56,286 nt of DNA. Origin: Octopus bimaculoides. Its lineage: Eukaryota. The notes under the pieces are model-generated. The model saw nothing but the letters and a program-made list of their open reading frames with translations, made no database searches and was not told where the DNA came from. The position numbers and the translations under genes were made by a program. The DNA lies in the NCBI RefSeq assembly GCF_001194135.2, contig NC_068981.1:196862306-196918591 (forward strand), given 5' to 3'. Positions 40,021-51,304 of the stretch are shown piece after piece (the stretch's first letter is position 1; each line of letters starts with the position of its first letter).

Positions 40021-40728
40021 CATTGGCTTCAACCACGGCCACCAGACGACTTTGGAATCTCCTGCAACTCTCCTGGAGAGTCTCCTTGTTTAAGTTGATG
40101 AATGCTGCCATAATCCTTGCCTTCAGTTCATCTTTGATGTTACAAGGAGTTTTGTTGGTCTCTCGCTCAACTGCGGCCCACACATAATAATCAAGGAGGT
40201 TGCAGTGTGGGGAATTAGGTGGCCAGATGTTAGGGGTGGTGTGCTCGCAGAAATTGTCTGACAGCCAAGACTGGGTTCTCCTGCTTGTGTGGCATGGTGC
40301 AGAATCCTGTTGCCAGACATAGGGTCTTCCAGCAACCACCCTCTTCACCCAGAGCAGCACTGCTTCCTCCAGGCATTTGATGTAGGCCTCCATGTTGAGT
40401 GTGGGGCCGTGTAGGAAAATGAATGGCGGTATAATGTCACCATCACTAGTGATCACTCCAAACACCATGATGTTGACTGGATGTTTGATTTGGTACATGT
40501 CCTAAGATTGCACCGTCCTCCGATTTACACCCAAACACTCTGAAATGTTCGCAGTACAGCATGTTGTTACGAAATTTCTGGCGGAGTGAATTGTGTCATG
40601 GTGCTGTTTTTCTCACAGACGGCGCCCAGCTGACCCTACTATACTGTGTAGTCGAAAAAATTAAAAACAATGCATATGCGCGAAATGAAAAATATAAAAT
40701 GGCGACAATTTACTCATCGCACTCTGTA
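40021..40728 (-). mobile_element. Internally deleted Tc1/mariner transposon, DD37D (maT-type)
   Basis: QQDSAPCH...WPPNSPHCNLLDYYVW with 37 residues between the last two Asp. Minus-strand 5' terminus TACAGAGTGCGATGAGTAAATTGTCGCC at 40728; the other terminus is absent. Confidence 0.85.
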
Positions 40729-40796
40729 TGTTACAGATGTTACATAAATCCATACACACACACACAAACACACGCGCGCACACAATAGGCCTACAT

Positions 40797-41003
40797 ATTC
40801 TTTTCTACTCTAAACACAAGGCCCGAAATTTTGGGGGAGGTGGGGGCCAGTCGATTAGATCGACGCCAGTACTCAACTTATCGGCTCCCGAAAGAACGAA
40901 AGGCAAAGTCGACCTCGGTGGAATTTGAACTCAGAACGTAAAGACGGACGAAATAGCGCTCAGCATTTCGCCCAGCGTGCTAATGATTCTGCCAGCTCGC
41001 CGC
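40797..41003 (-). mobile_element. SINE family B, full length with a 14-bp TSD
   Basis: TSD AATAGGCCTACATA at 40784-40797 and 41009-41022. Confidence 0.92.
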
Positions 41004-41360
41004 ACCTTAATAGGCCTACATAAGGACCAGCAAAAGTGTGGTGAGAAAGAGAGCTGGTGAGAAAGAGAGCTGGTGACAGTGGAACAACTCTAACGAAGGA
41101 GTGATTAATCAAATCCTTAAACATAATTAATCGCAAGAACATTGACCGCGAAATCCGAACTTTCTTTATTTGTTTAACAAAACAAAAAAATTGTTTATTA
41201 AACTAATTATAAGGCTCATTAGCCTAAACGGGATTAAAACACCCACCCACAGGTACACAATGCAAAGACACATACACAGATGCATACACACGCACACATG
41301 CGTTCACAAATATACACACACATACATACAAACACATGCACATAATACACTCATAAATGC

Positions 41361-41411
<51 letters not shown>

Positions 41412-42093
41412 TAAGCATATATTTATGTGTATATGTCAGTACAAACATGTATATGTGTGTATATATATCTATATATAAATATATGTATACGCATGTGTAT
41501 ATATATATATGTGTGTGTATGTGTGTGTGTGTGTGTATGTGTGTGTGTGTGTGTGTTGATATATATATGTTTATAAACATATATATATATTGTGTGTGTA
41601 TACATTTGGAAGAGAAACTCGTCAGCGGTCAGGCAGGCAGACAGACGGACTAAATGCCCCGGGGGCGTTGGATTGTGGCCCACCACCGCCCCTTCCTCTT
41701 TCTTCTCCCCTCCTTTACGCCCCCCCCCTCTCTCTCTAATCCAACCTTCCTAAACATCACTATTTCCGCCAAACGAACAACAACATCAACACCAATAACA
41801 CCAGGCAGCGACTCACAGACAACAACAGAAGTGGCACCATGCTAAGCAGTGACAGGTGGGGTAGGGTGATTAATGATACGGGAGATTAGCATAATCTTCT
41901 GCGGCCCGCCTGCATCGCCGCGCCCAACCCCATCTCCTACACCTCGTTCTTGTTGTTGCTGTTTGTGGCGGGAGACAAACTTCTTATTTGACATATGACC
42001 TCGCTTTTCACACACGCAGACATAGTTATGTATGTATGTATATGCATCCTTGTTATGTATGCATATATTTTACACGCGTAAATAATACGCACA

Positions 42094-42129
<36 letters not shown>

Positions 42130-42131
<2 letters not shown>

Positions 42132-42515
42132 TCTTTTACTCTTTTACTTGTTTCAGTCATTTGACTGTGGCCATGCTGGAGCACCGCCTTTAGTCGAACA
42201 AATCGACTCCAGGGCTTATTCTTTAGAAGCCTAGTACTTATTCTATCGGGCTATTTTGCCGAACCGCAAATGTTACGGAGATGTAAACACAAACGAGGGT
42301 ATGTTTGTGTGTCTATGTTTGTCCCCCACCATCGCTTGACAACCGATGTTGGTATGTTTACATCCCGTAATTTAGCGGTTCGGCCAAACAGTCCGATAGA
42401 TTGAGTACTAGGCTTACAAAGAATAGGTTCTGGGGTCGATTTGTTCGACTAAAGGTGGTACTCCAGCATGGCCGCAGTCAAATGACTGAAACACATAAAA
42501 GAATAAAAAAGAATA
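42130..42515. mobile_element. Two SINE A 3' halves in inverted orientation, tails outward
   Basis: 42130-42288 on minus and 42302-42515 on plus; both lack heads. Confidence 0.85.
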
Positions 42516-42517
42516 TA

Positions 42518-42659
42518 TAAAATTATAATTAAAGGTATCTAAAAGATACCATCATGCTAGAGATAGCAGTCAAAACTTGACTCTGTGGTTTTAGAGTCAA
42601 GTTTTGACTGCTATCTTTAGCATGATGGTATCTTTTAAATACCCTTAATTATAATTTTA
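42518..42659. repeat. Near-perfect palindrome, 67-bp arms and 8-nt loop (MITE-like)
   Basis: Arms 42518-42584 and 42593-42659 differ at 3 positions; loop GTGGTTTT. Confidence 0.9.
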
Positions 42660-43243
42660 ATAATAATTATTACCTATGAGGTTTTTATTCCCATGCTGGC
42701 CACGTGATAGGATCAGTATTTAAAACAACGATCTTATCATTATTTATATAAATACATACCTACACACACACACACANNNNNNNNNNNNNNNNNNNNNNNN
42801 NNNNNNNNNNNNNNNNNNNNNNNNNNNNNNNNNNNNNNNNNNNNNNNNNNNNNNNNNNNNNNNNNNNNNNNNNNNNNNNNNNNNNNNNNNNNNNNNNNNN
42901 NNNNNNTATATATATACGTATATGGTGAATATATACAATCATACGCGAACGATCCCTTTTTACAGTATACCCTTCCAGTAAACAGGTAAATTCGGTAACT
43001 TTATGTTTTCCTTTTTCTCTTGCTCTCTTATTGCTTTTGCTTCTCTTTCATAAACGGTATTACTCGAAAGAAAGGACAATTTATAACTGGAAATTATAGA
43101 TTCTTTTTCCATTCCATCATTGGTTTCATATTTCTGTTCATTTTCATCGGCATATTTCGCTCGTAATATTTGTTTATGTGTTTATATCCTCCTTGTGGCA
43201 TAACTTTTTCAATGATTTATATCTATTTATCTATCCATCTAAG

Positions 43244-43299
<56 letters not shown>

Positions 43300-43469
43300 C
43301 ATCTGTCTCTATATCTATTTATCTATCTATATCTAATCTATCTATCTATTTATTTATCTATCTATCTGTTTATATATATATATATCGACACAAACGGGAG
43401 ACTCCTGTTACAGTTGTGTCAGGAGTTAAATCAATATTTGGTTCAAGCAAAACGATAAATATAAAGCTA

Positions 43470-45570
43470 CTTGCAAGCAGTCACATTCAGGTCACTGAAA
43501 CATTCTCGATCGTGTAATTGTCCGTAGTAAAGACCTATCAGGTGTAAAATCTATGCGGGGCCTTAATGTTGGGCTATAGGATCTTATGTGCCTGTTTGGC
43601 TATCAATGTCCATAAGAAATTGAGGTGTGGCGATACGAAGGCATCTAAGCTGATTGATGTTTTAAGCTAGCCAGGGAAGCTTGGAGAAGCAGTCCAAGCG
43701 ATCGATCTAAATCATAGCGGTGATTCGTGTAAGTATTGGTAAACAGTTTTTCTACGTTGGGATATATTGAAAGAAAACACCAGGACTGGTCTAAAGAAAA
43801 CGAAGAGCTTGTAACAAACTTGTTTGGAGGAAAGAAAGTGGCAATTGACAAGTTGCTATCTTGTTCTGGAGAAAAATATTAAAGAATGTAAGTCCAGTGA
43901 GAACTGCCGACGGCAAATGAAGCGTGGTGGTGAAAAAAGCCTGCGAAACTAAGAAATCTTCTGACAAATGAGATTCAAAATGCCTTTACCACCATCAGCA
44001 TGCAGTCTATGGCCCATCATTCTAAATCTTCGCACCTCTGCGAACAAAAACTGGAAATTCGCTGCTGTGCAAGCGAGACAAAATCAAGGTCATGTGACGG
44101 TAGAATTATAACGATGTCTTGAGCCATGAGATTGTGTTGTAAGTTCTGGTGTAATCGAAGGCCTTGAACAGGCGCCTGTGATCCACCAGATTGAAGGAAA
44201 GCCCCGGGAAGTGATGGTTTTGTTACATAACAGGTTCAGAAAGTTGATAATGAGATGCTGGGGCTTTTATCTACCATGTTTTAGACAATGTGGATGAGAG
44301 GTGAAGCCCTACAAGAGTGGAGGGGATGCAATTCTCGTTTGTTTGTATAAAAAATGGATTCAAAGACATATGTGATAACGTTTGATCTCTCTGTTTTCAG
44401 ATGTTGGCAAAACCTTTGCAAGGAGACTCTTCAAACGACTGCTGGACCATGTTGCACTGGACGTTCTTCCATAATGTAGATTTTGTTCAAATCGAAACAA
44501 GACTGATACGACTGCTGCTTACAACCCGACAGGTTCGAGAGAAGTGCACAGAGCAACAGCTTGATCTGTACCAGTGTTTCATTGAACTTACCAAGACCTT
44601 TGACATCGTACACTCTATAGGTGTCCTTCTCAAGCTGAAGTGACCAGAGAAATTCACAGAACTCATTCCATCTCTTCTTTGCTATTCTTTTTTGCTATTT
44701 TTACCTCGCAAGCCTTTGTGCTTAGTGATGCTGGTGTCTGCATCCGGTACCGTACAACAAGAAAGCTTTTCAACATCCGTCGTTTTACTGCAGTAATAAA
44801 AACTTCGATGGCTTCTCGTTGGTGAACTCCTTTACTCTAGATATTGTGATCTCGTAACCCACATTGGGGATGAACCTGCACAACCTAATGGACTGTTTTT
44901 CAGCTGTGTGTGATGGATTTGGACTAACAATCAGTCGTAAGAAGACCGTGGTCATGTTACGGCCCGCATCGGGCAAGCCATACACCCCACCATTGATGTA
45001 CATCGAGGGTAAAAAGTTAAAAGTCGGAAATACGTTTGGCTACCCTGGTGTCGCGCTATCTAGATTTAGCACGCATGACGAGGAAGTCAGTTATAGATTG
45101 TCTAAGTCTTGTGAATGCCTTTGGAAAGCTTGAATCGAAGCTCTGGCTGCAATCGGACTTGAAAGCAGCAACGAAAGTTGAGATCATATCACGCATGAGT
45201 GAGTCTTAACAGCGCTGATGTATCGATGCGAGACCTGGATGACCTTCCGACGTCTGCAGCGATTCCACCACCGATTCTTGCATAACATCCTGAAGATATC
45301 ATGGCGATCTCATCTACCTAAATCGAGAGTAATGCAACTGGCGTAAAGATAAGTCCATGATTATGAAAAGCTACTTAGAAGTTCTGATCATCTTCTCCGT
45401 TTAAAGAACTCACACATGTCAAACCAGTTGTTTTATGGTGAGTTGAAGCAAGGAAAACGTCTCCAGTGCAAGCCATGCAAACTTAAATAGACCAATATCG
45501 ATACTAAACCCTGAGAAGATCTTGCACCAGATAGGGAGCTGTGGAGGAATCTGATTTATTGATTAGGTAA
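43470..45570 (+). mobile_element. Heavily decayed, internally deleted RTE-clade LINE
   Basis: [10 protein letters not shown] (endonuclease end), RQVREKCTEQQLDLYQCFIELTKTFD and FGLTISRKKTVVM. Confidence 0.8.
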
Positions 45571-46017
45571 ATTATAATACAGACATTATAAATTTTTCCA
45601 AGGGTGCCTTCTGCATGATTAACATATAATTAATCGCAGTCTGCCACATTTAGTGTGAGTAATCAAATATATCAAAATTACTCTCAAAACAGGTAAGGGA
45701 GAGAACTCAGGTAATGTCAAAAATTGACTAATATCTTTCAATGGGGATGTTCCAGTATGGCCGTCTTCCTATCACTGAAAGCAAAGAACAAAATCTACGC
45801 ACAGACAATGTACTCCTAAGCAAACAAGCACACACACGCGCACACATACATATAACCATACACCTACATACACATACACACTGACATACACACACATGCG
45901 CACACAAACACATAAACATATATAAACATAAACACATATACATATATATACGCATATATATATGCATATATACTTGTATGTATATATACACATATATATA
46001 TATATATATACATACAC

Positions 46018-46100
<83 letters not shown>

Positions 46101-46128
46101 GATATGTATACATAGATATGTATATATA

Positions 46129-46196
<68 letters not shown>

Positions 46197-46197
<1 letters not shown>

Positions 46198-46467
46198 GCG
46201 CAGGGGTGGCTGTGTGGTAAGTAGGTTGCTTACCAACCACATAACATCCTGAAGATATCATGGCGATCTCATCTACCTAAATCGAGAGTACTGCAACAGG
46301 CGAAAAGATAAGTCCATGATTATGAAAAGCTACCGGGTTCAGTCCCACTGCGCGGCACCTTGGGCAAGTGTCTTCTACTATAGCCTCGGGCCGACCAAAG
46401 CTTTGTGAGTGGATTTGGTAGACGGAAACTGAAAGAAGCCCGTCGTATATATGTATATATGTATGTG

Positions 46468-46511
<44 letters not shown>

Positions 46512-46710
46512 TGTGTCTGTGTTTGTCCCCCCAATATCGCTTGACAACCGATGGTGGTGTGTTTACGTCCCCGTAACTTAGCGGTTCGACAAAACAGACC
46601 GATAGAATAAGTACTAGGCTTACAAAGAATAAGTGTTGGGATCGATTTGGTAGACTAAAGGCGGTGCTCCAGCATGGTCGCACTCAAATGACTGAAAGAG
46701 TAAAAGAATA
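46197..46710 (+). mobile_element. SINE family A, full length, with a foreign 94-bp insert in its tRNA-like head
   Basis: Collinear with 11681-12071 apart from 46240-46333. Confidence 0.92.
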
Positions 46711-46729
46711 TATATATATATATATATAT

Positions 46730-46930
46730 TCGCCATGATAGATCGCTGACCACTACATTTATATATTTTTTTCTCCTTGTTTCTTTCTGTGTTCCTTTCA
46801 GTTGAAGAGCGTAGGCTCGAAACATCAAAGACTTTCTCTATTCCCGAGCGTTAAACTAATACATCTATTTGTTGTTTACACCACCTGTCTTCGTTTGTTG
46901 TTCTTTTTTTTTTCGGAAATTGTCCCATAT
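46730..46930 (+). mobile_element. Family D repeat with a hammerhead-like motif at 46795-46830
   Basis: CTTT-CAGTTGA-A-GAGC-GTAG-GCTC-GAAA-CATC-AAAG. Confidence 0.7.
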
Positions 46931-47660
46931 NNNNNNNNNNNNNNNNNNNNNNNNNNNNNNNNNNNNNNNNNNNNNNNNNNNNNNNNNNNNNNNNNNNNNN
47001 NNNNNNNNNNNNNNNNNNNNNNNNNNNNNNNNNNNNNNNNNNNNNNNNNNNNNNNNNNNNNNNNNNNNNNNNNNNNNNNNNNNNNNNNNNNNNNNNNNNN
47101 NNNNNNNNNNNNNNNNNNNNNNNNNNNNNNNNNNNNNNNNNNNNNNNNNNNNNNNNNNNNNNNNNNNNNNNNNNNNNNNNNNNNNNNNNNNNNNNNNNNN
47201 NNNNNNNNNNNNNNNNNNNNNNNNNNNNNNNNNNNNNNNNNNNNNNNNNNNNNNNNNNNNNNNNNNNNNNNNNNNNNNNNNNNNNNNNNNNNNNNNNNNN
47301 NNNNNNNNNNNNNNNNNNNNNNNNNNNNNNNNNNNNNNNNNNNNNNNNNNNNNNNNNNNNNNNNNNNNNNNNNNNNNNNNNNNNNNNNNNNNNNNNNNNN
47401 NNNNNNNNNNNNNNNNNNNNNNNNNNNNNNNNNNNNNNNNNNNNNNNNNNNNNNNNNNNNNNNNNNNNNNNNNNNNNNNNNNNNNNNNNNNNNNNNNNNN
47501 NNNNNNNNNNNNNNNNNNNNNTTGTGATGGTGGTGGGGGTTGTGATGGTGGTGGGGGTTGTGATGGTGGTGGTGGTAGTGGTGGTGGTTGTACCAGTTTT
47601 GATGGTGGTAAAAGAGCTGGCTGTGGTTGATCTTAACACATCAGCCGCCGTGACGTAGTC

Positions 47661-47701
<41 letters not shown>

Positions 47702-48194
47702 CGCAGATGTAAGTTGCAGTAACGTGTTGTTTGGGGTTGCAAGAACGTCACCGTGACGGGCACCGGTTCGGAACAGCGATGTTTGTGGTGCGAATGAGTG
47801 AAGGCGCGTAAAGGACCATTAACCAAACAATTAGCCGACACTCAGCCACCATTATGCTACAACCACAGGACAGGGGTGAAATCTAGGGGCTTCTACAGCC
47901 ACAGGACTACAGGGGAGCCTGTACGCGCCCGATCAACACGCTACAAAAGGCAACCGAGAACGAAATTGGGTAATATAATCCTACAGATACAGAGGAGATG
48001 GTCACAGCTGAAACGCCTTTGATCACATAGAGCTTCTCAATAAGGTTTAACCCAGGGCTAAATAACAGCACTTACTCGCCCTTTCCTCTTTAGTCTTCCA
48101 CCACTACGACCATGGATTCCATCTCTCCCCTCCTCCAAGGTTTACATTCCCCCAACACCACCCCATTTCGTCATCCTTACTGTCGATGTGTGAT

Positions 48195-48505
48195 CTGTCG
48201 CAACCACACGGTTCCGGGTTCAGTCCCACTGCGTGGCACCTTGGGCAAGTGTCTTCTACTATAGCCTCGGGCCGACCAAAGCCTTGTGAGTGGATTTGTT
48301 AGATGGAAACTGAAAGAAGCCCATCGTATGTGTGTGTGTGTGCGCGCCTGTGTGTGTGTGTTTGAATTTGTAGTTGTCCTTCACCACCACTTGGCCATTG
48401 GTGTTGGTTTGTTTACATCCTCAAAATATAGCGGTTCAGCGAAAGATATCGATAGAATAAGTACTAAGCTTAAAATATAAATTCTGGGATCGATTGTTCG
48501 ATTAC
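48195..48505 (+). mobile_element. SINE family A, partial
   Basis: Strong match to the A head end and body with internal (TG)n. Confidence 0.85.
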
Positions 48506-48759
48506 ANNNNNNNNNNNNNNNNNNNNNNNNNNNNNNNNNNNNNNNNNNNNNNNNNNNNNNNNNNNNNNNNNNNNNNNNNNNNNNNNNNNNNNNNNNNNNN
48601 NNNNNNNNNNNNNNNNNNNNNNNNNNNNNNNNNNNNNNNNNNNNNNNNNNNNNNNNNNNNNAAGAATTATAGTTTGGGGAAGGATATTTGATTAAAAAAT
48701 TAATACATCCATATTTTTTACAGTAATTATACTAAACGGAGGAATGTAAACTTTTATTT

Positions 48760-49420
48760 ACTTCATCACAATGGCAAAGATGGTGCCAACAAAACAGTGC
48801 TCACCACATTTTGGTATTTGGGATGTCTTTGAAGTGACACATTTCCAGGATTGTCTTTCAGGAGACAAAGTTAAGTTGAATGGCCATCCATGTCTGCAAC
48901 GCTGACACCTCGTGATGTCATTTTTTTTTTTTCTGTGTTGAGGGTCATCTGGAGTCAGTTGTCTGCCTGAATCGACCAAGAAATATCGATGCTCTCAAGG
49001 AGGAGGTCTTATTCACTGGTGATAACTTCTGCAGAAATACGCTGCATGGGGTCAAAGTTCAGATATTTCAACGGAGTCAGAAATTGTCAGATGTCGAAGA
49101 TCACCGGGATTGGTTGAAAATTTGGACATTTAAATAAATTATCTGAGAATCCAGACTTTTAGGCCTCCGTGTTTTTATCTGTGTATATATTTTTGGCAGT
49201 CGGTTCAGTAGCGAACTATAATAATGTTGACCACGGGTTCTACAAATAGGATTCCGAATTCGCCAATAAGTTATTGTTTCATTAAAATACCTTCATTAAT
49301 TTAATATTACAATTAAGTGAAGCCTGGAAACTGGTTTCCGTTGTGAAAAATTCGTGAAGAGAATCTTACAAAGGTCACGTGATTGTAAATTATAAACGTT
49401 TTGTTATGTGTGACCCTGTA
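48760..49420 (+). mobile_element. Decayed Tc1/mariner transposon 3' part
   Basis: QQNSAHH (QQDGAPPH-like) and WPSMSATLTPRD (WPPRSPDLTP.D-like); terminus ...GTGACCCTGTA at 49420. Confidence 0.6.
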
Positions 49421-49753
49421 TTTTTAGGATGAGAAAAACTGAGTTAAACAGAAATTGTGAGGTTGATTTAGTGGTTAGTCAATTGGCCAAGAAGACTGAT
49501 GTGAGAAGGTGAGAATCGAAACTTGTGGAAGGAACGAAGAAGAAAATCCAGAACTGTCCAAGGAGGGAGACGGGAAAAGGGGTTAAGGTAAGAGATTGAA
49601 TTGCTGAGGTTATTGGAGACAGACAGGTAAGGTAAATACAATACATCAAACAACCGATCCAACAGGTGTACAAGGCAGACATGACGCACTTATTACTCAT
49701 ATTTCTTAATAAGCATATTTAATTGTTTAAATTAATTATTTTATTTATGTGTA

Positions 49754-49940
49754 TTAATAAATATTCTTTTCTACTCTAGGCACAAGGCCCGATATTTTGG
49801 GGGAGGGCGTCAGTCGATTAGATCGACTCAGTACACAACTGGTACTTGATTTATTGATCCCGAAAGGTTGAAAGACAAAGTCAACCTCAGCGGAATTTGA
49901 ACTCAGAACGTAAAGACAGGCGACGAATTAATAAACATTA
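49754..49940 (-). mobile_element. SINE B fragment, unit 1 of a local tandem duplication
   Basis: Same truncation point and following AGGCGACGAATTAATAAA as 50360-50545. Confidence 0.8.
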
Positions 49941-50236
49941 CAGTTCTATATTTCAGAGATGCAGAATTATGTACATTATTTACATTATTTACATTTGACG
50001 GATATTTGTTCTCATCTTGTTTGTTGTTAACACAACGTTTCGGCTGATACACTCTCCAGCCTTCTTCAGGTGTCTTGGGGAAATTTCGAACCTGGGTTCT
50101 CATTCCTAAGGTATTTTTCAATGTTATTGTTGTTGTTGTGGTTGTTGTTGTTGTTGTTGTTCAAGTCACTGCTTGGAATCGAACTCGGAATATTGGGGTT
50201 AGTAGCCCGCGCTCTTAACCACTACGCCATATGCCC
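49941..50236 (-). mobile_element. SINE family C, full length: tRNA-like head, (AAC)n, hammerhead motif and tail
   Basis: A box TGGCGTAGTGG and B box GTTCGATTC at 50162-50236; (AAC)n at about 50122-50161; hammerhead motif 50029-50074; 3' end AATATAGAACTG. Confidence 0.85.
50029..50074 (-). ncRNA. Minimal type I hammerhead ribozyme motif (Penelope-type)
   Basis: GACAC-CUGAAGA-A-GGCUG-(10 nt)-CAGCC-GAAA-CGUU-GUGUU: complete core, 5-bp helices I and II, palindromic ACGU in place of helix III. Activity is untested. Confidence 0.7.
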
Positions 50237-50238
50237 TT

Positions 50239-50361
50239 GGGTTCGAAATTTTCCCCAAGACACCCGATGAAGGCTGGCGGGTATATCAGCCAAAACGTTG
50301 TGTTAACAACAAACAAGATGAGGACAAGTATCCGTCAAATGTAAATAATGTAAATAATGTA
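50239..50361 (+). mobile_element. Family C, inverted 5'-truncated copy lacking the 3' tail
   Basis: About 9 differences from the minus copy over about 120 bp; its hammerhead (50259-50304) has two core changes (CCGAUGA, AAAA). Confidence 0.85.
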
Positions 50362-50545
50362 ATAAATATTATTTTCTACACTAAGCACAAGACCCGAAAT
50401 TTTGGGGAAGGGGACCAGTCAATTAGATCCACTCCAGTACGTAACTGGTACTTAATTTATTAACCCCGAAAAGATGAAAGACAAAGTTGACCTCGGCGGA
50501 ATTTGAACTCAGAACGTAAAGCCAGGCGACGAATTAATAAATATT
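50360..50545 (-). mobile_element. SINE B fragment, unit 2 of the tandem duplication
   Basis: See 49754-49940. Confidence 0.8.
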
Positions 50546-50683
50546 GATATATTAATGAATATAACTAACAAGTGAGTCATGGATTCTGTTCCCCCACCCC
50601 TGTAGTTTACGATGAAAGGCTAAAATATTGTGGGGTGGGGGCTGACGTGACAGTAGGGAGTGGAATACATTGATATATGCTTA

Positions 50684-50880
50684 TATTCTTTTATTCTTTT
50701 TTGTTCTTTTATTTGTTTCAGTCGTGTGACTGAGGCCATGCTGGAGCACCGCCTTTTAGTCGAACAAATCGACCCCTGGACTTATTCTTTGTAAGCCTAG
50801 TACTTATTCTATCGGTCTCTTTTGCCGAATCGTTGGCACCCTGCTTGGTGTCAAGCGATGATGGGGAAGGAACAAACAGA
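50684..50880 (-). mobile_element. SINE family A, 3' half
   Basis: Match to the A 3' body and tail. Confidence 0.85.
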
Positions 50881-50887
50881 TGCACAA

Positions 50888-50932
<45 letters not shown>

Positions 50933-51304
50933 ATACAAATGATATATGAGAATATGCATGTATACATACATATATGTACATACGTACATCTACATCTATA
51001 TATAGATGCATATCCGGGTACAGGACGTCAGAAAAAGAACGGGAACATAAAGCACAAAAACGGACTTTTTCTACGGACAACAGAACGAACACAGGAAAAC
51101 AGACGAGCCACTTATGGAACTTTTCCTTTATCAGCTGCCTCTATTCTAAACTAGGCGTTTCGAAGATGAGGCAGAACGCACTCTTAGAATAGCTCTTCCT
51201 GTTTAGTGGATTAACCTACTAAACAGAGTGTTTCAAGGTAGCAAACACAAACCATGACAGGAATAATTAAACAATGAAAACAACATTAAAGGCCGTATAT
51301 ATAC

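Noticed and set aside
50162-50236. tRNA gene calls for tRNA-like heads (also 17945-18020, 18450-18525, 15375-15440)
   Set aside because: Arms pair poorly and each head runs into a SINE body or lacks a complete cloverleaf.
49754-50545. CRISPR-like repeat-spacer-repeat pattern
   Set aside because: Only two long diverged units, both SINE-derived; eukaryotic context and no cas genes.
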